From Gemmatimonadales bacterium (lineage in GTDB: Bacteria; Gemmatimonadota; Gemmatimonadetes; Gemmatimonadales; GWC2-71-9), in NCBI GenBank assembly GCA_965249575.1, contig OZ252244.1:1664001-1728000 (forward strand): a stretch of DNA of 64,000 nt. The letters run 5' to 3'. Numbering within the stretch: the first letter of the stretch is position 1; the number at the start of each line of letters is the position of its first letter. Of this stretch, positions 58,823 to 64,000 are shown in pieces. The position numbers and the translations under genes are program-made. The notes beneath the pieces are model-generated. The model had not been told where the DNA came from. It was given only the letters and a program-made list of their open reading frames with translations, and did no database searches.

Positions 58823-61290
58823 CCGGAGAACCGACACCCCGGCTCGCACGTCAAAACTCCGACCTAACGCGCCACATCGGCGCTCAGCTCCGTGCGTTAC
58901 CGCTGAGCTTCACGCTCATCGGCATCTGTGCGCTACTCACCGCCCTGGTGGTGAGCTCGGTGTTCGTTGCGCTGAGCGTCGAGATTCGATCCCGGACCAG
59001 GCGCCTCTTCGCGGAGCAGCTGGGCCTCAACCAGCGGTCTCTCCTCGACCTTCAGAACCGAAGCCTCTCACAGCTGCTTTGGACATCCAGGGTCATGACC
59101 GAAAGCCCGACGCTCCGAGCCGCCATGGAGACTTACCGGGTCGAATCCACGGTGGGCAATGCGCCGCGCAAGGAGCTCCTGGCCACGATCCAACGCGAGG
59201 TCGAAGGGATCGCCGCCGGGCTCGGCACTGAGAAACTGGTCGTCACAGACGAGCGGGGAAGAGTGCTCGCGGCCACCGCGCGGGCGGGCGTCTACCCAGG
59301 AGTCGGCGAAGATCTCTCGCGAGTGCCAGCCGTACAGCATGCTCTCGATCCCTACGGCTCCCTCGACCCATCGAACTTCGCGATCCTGGAGTTCGGGAAC
59401 TCCCACTATCAGTTCGGATGCGTGCCAATCGTGATGCGCGGATTCACGATCGGGACGGTGCTTGTTGGCGAGCGCTTAGACCGGACCTACGTCGCCAAGC
59501 TCGAAGAGTTCTTCGACGGCGAGATCGTCGTGGCAACGAACGCTGAGATCATCACCTCGACGATCACCGGAGGAGCCATCGGGCCCCCGCAGCTCGAAGA
59601 CCTCATGGCCCGTATGGGCGAGTTACCGACGGACGTCGGCACCTTCAGGCTAGACGATGAGGAATACGTGATCGCCGGCCTGCCACTCGGGGCGGACCGA
59701 GCCGGGCAAAAAGTGGCCCTTCACCTACTCCACTCGTTGACTGATGCCCTGGAGGAGACGAAGCAGGCACTGCTCGTCGCCTGTCTGCTCTACGGATCCA
59801 TCGCCGTTGTCCTAGCGGGTTTAAGTGCGGGAGCCGTTTCGCAGACCGTCCTCACACCGTTCCGGGGATTCGTGCGGTTCATGCGCGTCGTTGCCGAGAG
59901 CGGCGATTACAGCCGCCGTTTCGACGCCTCGAGATCGACCCTGGAGATCCGGAGCCTCAACGACACCTACGCCCAGCTCATCAGATCGCTGGCCCAGAAT
60001 CACGACAAGCTCGAGCAGCGCACCAAACAGCTAGCGAGGTCAAACGACACTCTCACGCAGCAGATCGCGGAACGCGAGCGTGCGGAGCAGGCGTTACGCG
60101 AGAGCGAGGAACAGCTTCGCCAATCGCAAAAGCTCGAGGCGATAGGCACTCTCGCCGGCGGTGTGGCACACGATTTCAACAACCTCCTGACGGTCATATC
60201 CAGCTACGGCGAGCTGTTGATCTCGGAAGTTGGTGCGGACAGCCCCATGCGATCAGACCTCGAGCAGGTGAGGGAAGCCGCGGGCCGGGCCGCCGTGCTC
60301 ACCAATCAGCTGCTGGCCTTCAGCCGGAAACAGGTTCTGCAGCCTAAGGTGATCGACCTGAACGCCGCCGTCGATGAGATCGAGAAGATGCTCCGACGTC
60401 TGATCGGGGAAGACATCGAGATAAGAACCGTGAAGCAGCGTCCGCTCCCGCGCGTCAAGGCGGACCCCGGCCAGATCGAGCAGGTCATCATGAACCTGGC
60501 CATCAACGCTCGGGACGCCATGCCGAAGGGCGGCGAGCTCACGATATCCACGGCGAGCGTCGAGTCGGTAGCGGGCGCTCTGGAGGCGAGTGATTCCCCG
60601 CCGCCTGGGGCCTGGGTGAAGCTGTCCGTTACCGACTCCGGCGTCGGCATGGACGCGGCGACTCAGGGTCGGATCTTTGAGCCGTTCTTCACGACGAAAG
60701 AACTCGGAAAGGGGACGGGCCTCGGGCTGTCGACGGTCTACGGGATCGTCAAGCAATCGGCCGGCAACCTCTCGGTCCGTAGCTCGCCCGGTGAGGGGAC
60801 GACCTTCGACGTGTACCTGCCGAGGGTCGCCGAACCGATAAAGGAATCCGGGCGAGTGTCCGGTGAGAACCTGGCGGTCGGCGGGAACGAAACCATCCTG
60901 CTGGTGGAAGATGAGGATCTCGTCCGTGCGCTTGCCGAGCGGACACTGCGGGTTCGGGGCTACCACGTGCTCGCAGCGCGCGCGGGGGACGAGGCCATCG
61001 GCTTAGCCGCCGAGCACAGCGGCCCGATTCATCTCCTCCTCACCGACGTGGTGATGCCCCTAATGAGTGGTAAGGACCTGGAAGAACGACTGGCCCCGAT
61101 GCGGCCGGAGATGCGGGTGCTGTACATGTCGGGCTACACTGACGACGCCATCGTGCATCATGGCGTGCTCGACCCGGGAACGGAGTTCCTACCCAAACCA
61201 TTCACGCCGACGGTCCTCCTCCGGAGGGTTCGCGAGGTCTTGGACACGCCAAAGGAAGCGGGTCGCAATGTCCCGGCACCGACCGGCTGA
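58819..61290 (+). CDS. Hybrid sensor histidine kinase (TM-periplasmic Cache-like-TM-HAMP-HisKA-HATPase-REC)
   Basis: GVAHDFNNLL, NLAINARDAM, DSGVGM, FEPFFTTK..GKGTGLGL, LLVEDE, TDVVMP, KPF; GTGA overlap. Confidence 0.95.
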   Translation: MTGEPTPRLARQNSDLTRHIGAQLRALPLSFTLIGICALLTALVVSSVFVALSVEIRSRTRRLFAEQLGLNQRSLLDLQNRSLSQLLWTSRVMTESPTLRAAMETYRVESTVGNAPRKELLATIQREVEGIAAGLGTEKLVVTDERGRVLAATARAGVYPGVGEDLSRVPAVQHALDPYGSLDPSNFAILEFGNSHYQFGCVPIVMRGFTIGTVLVGERLDRTYVAKLEEFFDGEIVVATNAEIITSTITGGAIGPPQLEDLMARMGELPTDVGTFRLDDEEYVIAGLPLGADRAGQKVALHLLHSLTDALEETKQALLVACLLYGSIAVVLAGLSAGAVSQTVLTPFRGFVRFMRVVAESGDYSRRFDASRSTLEIRSLNDTYAQLIRSLAQNHDKLEQRTKQLARSNDTLTQQIAERERAEQALRESEEQLRQSQKLEAIGTLAGGVAHDFNNLLTVISSYGELLISEVGADSPMRSDLEQVREAAGRAAVLTNQLLAFSRKQVLQPKVIDLNAAVDEIEKMLRRLIGEDIEIRTVKQRPLPRVKADPGQIEQVIMNLAINARDAMPKGGELTISTASVESVAGALEASDSPPPGAWVKLSVTDSGVGMDAATQGRIFEPFFTTKELGKGTGLGLSTVYGIVKQSAGNLSVRSSPGEGTTFDVYLPRVAEPIKESGRVSGENLAVGGNETILLVEDEDLVRALAERTLRVRGYHVLAARAGDEAIGLAAEHSGPIHLLLTDVVMPLMSGKDLEERLAPMRPEMRVLYMSGYTDDAIVHHGVLDPGTEFLPKPFTPTVLLRRVREVLDTPKEAGRNVPAPTG

Positions 61291-62404
61291 ACGGACGTCG
61301 AGAGGCTGCGCTCCCGGGCGCCTGACATCGTTCTCGCTGGCGATGGCTGTTCTGTGCACCCCAGCACCGCTCGCGGGCCAAGAATGGCTCCAAGTACAGG
61401 GCATTCTCGATGCGGAGGGGTGGGTTACCGACTCGAACTCGGTGTTTCTCACCCGAAACGACGGCCAACCCAGCCCACTCGGCCGTCTTCGACTCTGGAG
61501 TGTCCTCGAGCTGCATCCAACAGTCCACATATATGGCCTGGGAGTGCTCGAGTCTGGAGGGGCGCGGCGCGATGGAGGAACCGATGTCGTCGCAGAGCAG
61601 GCGGGGATTCGGTTTTCCCCAACGCCCGCCCTGGTCCTGGACGTCGGACGAATCCCCTCACCGGTCGGCACTTTCCCAAACCGCCGGTTTTCCACCCGGA
61701 ATCCGCTCATCGGGGCGCCGGACGGCTATCCCGTATCGTATCCCCTTGCGGTACAGGCAAGCGGCGCTGTATCCCGATTCGACTATCGAGTGGCCCTTAC
61801 CAGTCGACCGGTGAGCAACGAGCGGTACGTGCCCGCTCCGACTGCCGCACCCAGGTTGGCGCTGGGGGCGGGAGTAACCCTAATCACCGGCTTCCGGCTC
61901 GGCACGTCATTCACTAGAGGCCCCTACGTCAACGACGAACTCTCGACATCGCTGCTCGCTGGCACCGATTGGACGGACCACCAGCAGCAGATCGTCGCCT
62001 TCGACGCCCGCTTTAGCCGAGGCTACTTAGAGTTCCAGGGCGAGATGGCGTTCTCCGAGTATGACGTTCCGACTTTGGCCGACCCCGTGAAAGGCGAAAC
62101 GTACTATCTCGAGGTCAAGTACACCTGGTTCCCCAGGCTCTTTACGGCCGTCCGTTTCGAAACGAACAACTACCCATTCATTCGCCCCAGAGGAACCGAC
62201 GAGTGGACGGCTCGAGCCGTCAACTTCTACAATGCCGAGGTCGGGATCGGTTACCGCCTGGCGCGACGTACGGTCATCAAGGCCAGTCACCGCCGCGATT
62301 TCTGGGATCCGGAGGGCAGCGCGCAGGCGTTTCTCCGCGATGGCTTTTCCTTCGCGATGCAGATCTCTCATCAGTTCGACGTGAAGTCGTGGCTCGGACG
62401 GTGA
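61268..62404 (+). CDS. Outer-membrane beta-barrel (porin-like) protein
   Basis: Signal peptide LAG-Q; alternating aromatic strands; GRIPSPVGTF; C-terminal QISHQFD..W; overlaps kinase 3' end. Confidence 0.75.
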   Translation: MSRHRPAERTSRGCAPGRLTSFSLAMAVLCTPAPLAGQEWLQVQGILDAEGWVTDSNSVFLTRNDGQPSPLGRLRLWSVLELHPTVHIYGLGVLESGGARRDGGTDVVAEQAGIRFSPTPALVLDVGRIPSPVGTFPNRRFSTRNPLIGAPDGYPVSYPLAVQASGAVSRFDYRVALTSRPVSNERYVPAPTAAPRLALGAGVTLITGFRLGTSFTRGPYVNDELSTSLLAGTDWTDHQQQIVAFDARFSRGYLEFQGEMAFSEYDVPTLADPVKGETYYLEVKYTWFPRLFTAVRFETNNYPFIRPRGTDEWTARAVNFYNAEVGIGYRLARRTVIKASHRRDFWDPEGSAQAFLRDGFSFAMQISHQFDVKSWLGR

Positions 62405-62416
62405 CGGCCCCTCCCT

Positions 62417-62603
62417 CCCCGCAGCCCACCCGACCCAATACGCATCCCCCACCGAACGCCCCTACCCAGAGTGAGCAGTGAGGAGGGCACCCTCCCCACC
62501 TCGAGGGCCTGGAGTAGGGAGGGTGACCTGCTCACTCCTTATTCGGGGTCGGGACGGGTGTGGACTGCTCACTGGGGTTGGGGATGGGTGGAGTTGGGCG
62601 GGC
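62417..62603. repeat. Palindromic intergenic repeat, longest copy
   Basis: C-rich left arm, GAGTGAGCAG (62469) inverted with CTGCTCACTC (62528) and CTGCTCACT (62565), G-rich right arm. Confidence 0.75.
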
Positions 62604-62695
62604 TTTCCTGGCCCAATCGCAGTCCTGCGTGTAGAGTCTGGTGTAATCCCGCCCTGGAGCCCAGACAGACCTCCACGTGCCACGAATCCAGTCTA

Positions 62696-63394
62696 ATGAA
62701 GGACAGCCAGGCGTTCGATTTCGATGGGGAGTACGGCCGCGGGTATGACGAGCTGGCGAGGCAGGTCATCCCCGCCTATGAGCAGATCTTCCGCGCCACC
62801 GCTGCCCTGTTCGAAAACGAGCTTCCCTCCGACGCGCGCGTGCTCGTGGTGGGATCGGGCACCGGAACCGAGGTCGCTACGTTCGGCGCGGCGCAGCCCG
62901 GATGGACGATCGTCGGGGTCGAGCCGAGCGCCGAGATGGTCCGAATGACTGAAAGGCGCGCCGACGAGTTGGGTCTCGACGATCGGGTTACGATCGTGCA
63001 CGGCTTCGCGCGCGATCTCCCGCTCACACCGCCCTACGATGCCGCCACGATCATCAATGTCTTGCACTTCCTGGAAGATGACGGTGACAAGGCCGATCTA
63101 CTGACGAGTGTCGCGGAGCGGACGCGCAGCGGCGGACTCCTCGCGCTGGTCGACCTGCACGGCGATCCCACGTCCGACGAGTTCCGGTTCCTCATGAAGG
63201 GTTGGGAGGGCTTCATGCGGCACCAGGGGCTCAGGGGTACGGCGCAGGAAGAGTTTCTGTCTCGCCTCAGGCGGGGAATCGTCTACGTGCCGGGAGAGCG
63301 CCTCATCGAGCTGTGCAGTGCCGCGAGCTGGCGGCTGGAAGTCACATACTACCGCGCCTTCCTGTACGGCGGTTGGCTGCTGAGAAAACAGTAA
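62696..63394 (+). CDS. Class I SAM-dependent methyltransferase (CmoA-like fold)
   Basis: YD...QVIPAY, VLVVGSGTGTE, GVEPSAEM, VLHFL.DDG.K. Confidence 0.9.
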   Translation: MKDSQAFDFDGEYGRGYDELARQVIPAYEQIFRATAALFENELPSDARVLVVGSGTGTEVATFGAAQPGWTIVGVEPSAEMVRMTERRADELGLDDRVTIVHGFARDLPLTPPYDAATIINVLHFLEDDGDKADLLTSVAERTRSGGLLALVDLHGDPTSDEFRFLMKGWEGFMRHQGLRGTAQEEFLSRLRRGIVYVPGERLIELCSAASWRLEVTYYRAFLYGGWLLRKQ

Positions 63395-63532
63395 GGAGCC
63401 CCGGCCCCGCCCGGCCCCACCGATTAAGAAGTGAGGAGGCCCTGCCCCTACCCGACCGCAGTTGGGGTGCCCGGGGGGGGCCTGTTTACTCATCACTCCT
63501 CACTGGGGTTGGGTAGGAACTGCTTACTGCTT
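63389..63532. repeat. Palindromic repeat copy spanning both stop codons of a convergent pair
   Basis: CAGTAAGGAG, AGTGAGGAGG, CCCTACCCGACC versus CTCCTCACTGGGGTTGGGTAGG, CTGCTTACTG. Confidence 0.7.
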
Positions 63533-64000
63533 TCTCATTAAAGTACGAAAGGCGTGACCCCAGGTCGTACTGAGTGGTTTCCTTTAGATCCGATGAGACC
63601 GATTCCAGGAGGTCCGCGAGCGCGGCCGACCCGAACGAATAGAGTTGGCGCTTTTCGATGTAGGGCATGGTCATTCCGGAAATGTAGCGCCCGCGCACCC
63701 TCAGGTTTTCCAGCCGCCGGTCGAGGTCGAGCTTCGCAAAGAGCCGTTTGCACTGCTCGACGAATAGGCGCAGCTCCGTTTCCGACCCGCCGCGGGCCTC
63801 CCGCGGGACCGCCGAGAAGTCCGTGACGTCCTCTGTGACGGTGACTCTGGATACCTTGCCCCCGCGAGAGCCGTAGAGGTCGACGAAGCCGGCCGGATTG
63901 CGCGTCGCTTCCACAACCGACGCGCTGTCTTCGTCGTCCGCCATCCGCTCCGCCAACACGCTTCCGCCCGGGCGCCTCCAATCGGCGGCAGAGGGAGAGT
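63486..64000 (-). CDS. Hypothetical protein, 5' end probably outside window
   Basis: Protein-like open frame running toward the window edge; no family recognised. Confidence 0.65.
   Translation of the reverse strand, partial: SPSAADWRRPGGSVLAERMADDEDSASVVEATRNPAGFVDLYGSRGGKVSRVTVTEDVTDFSAVPREARGGSETELRLFVEQCKRLFAKLDLDRRLENLRVRGRYISGMTMPYIEKRQLYSFGSAALADLLESVSSDLKETTQYDLGSRLSYFNEKAVSSSYPTPVRSDE

Noticed and set aside
57816..63532. CRISPR array or insertion sequence
   Set aside because: Repeats are degenerate, irregularly spaced and dispersed, with no cas or transposase gene

Overview
High-GC bacterial chromosomal segment. Gene content and the Arg-rich 'ERR' linkers suggest Gemmatimonadota, which is an inference. 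It holds about 60 genes, mostly secreted hydrolases and peptidases, amino-acid catabolism enzymes and signalling proteins (Ser/Thr kinases, two-component systems, GGDEF/EAL, PAS), plus topoisomerase IB and a csp-rpsU pair. No rRNA, tRNA, CRISPR array, transposase or phage genes were seen. Best candidates for an undescribed system: (1) three dispersed paralogues of a secreted LVIVD-like beta-propeller with four invariant His residues and an invariant C-terminal motif, each head-to-head with another gene; (2) an overlapping three-gene module of a blue-copper-motif periplasmic protein, a hybrid histidine kinase and an outer-membrane barrel; (3) a family of degenerate palindromic intergenic repeats (GAGTGAGCAG/CTGCTCACTC) that overlap gene ends. 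There are also at least five abrupt gene-fragment junctions and about eight frameshifts or short duplications. These may be real deletions or decay, or long-read assembly artefacts, so pseudogene calls are provisional. All family assignments come from motif recognition by eye, not database searches.
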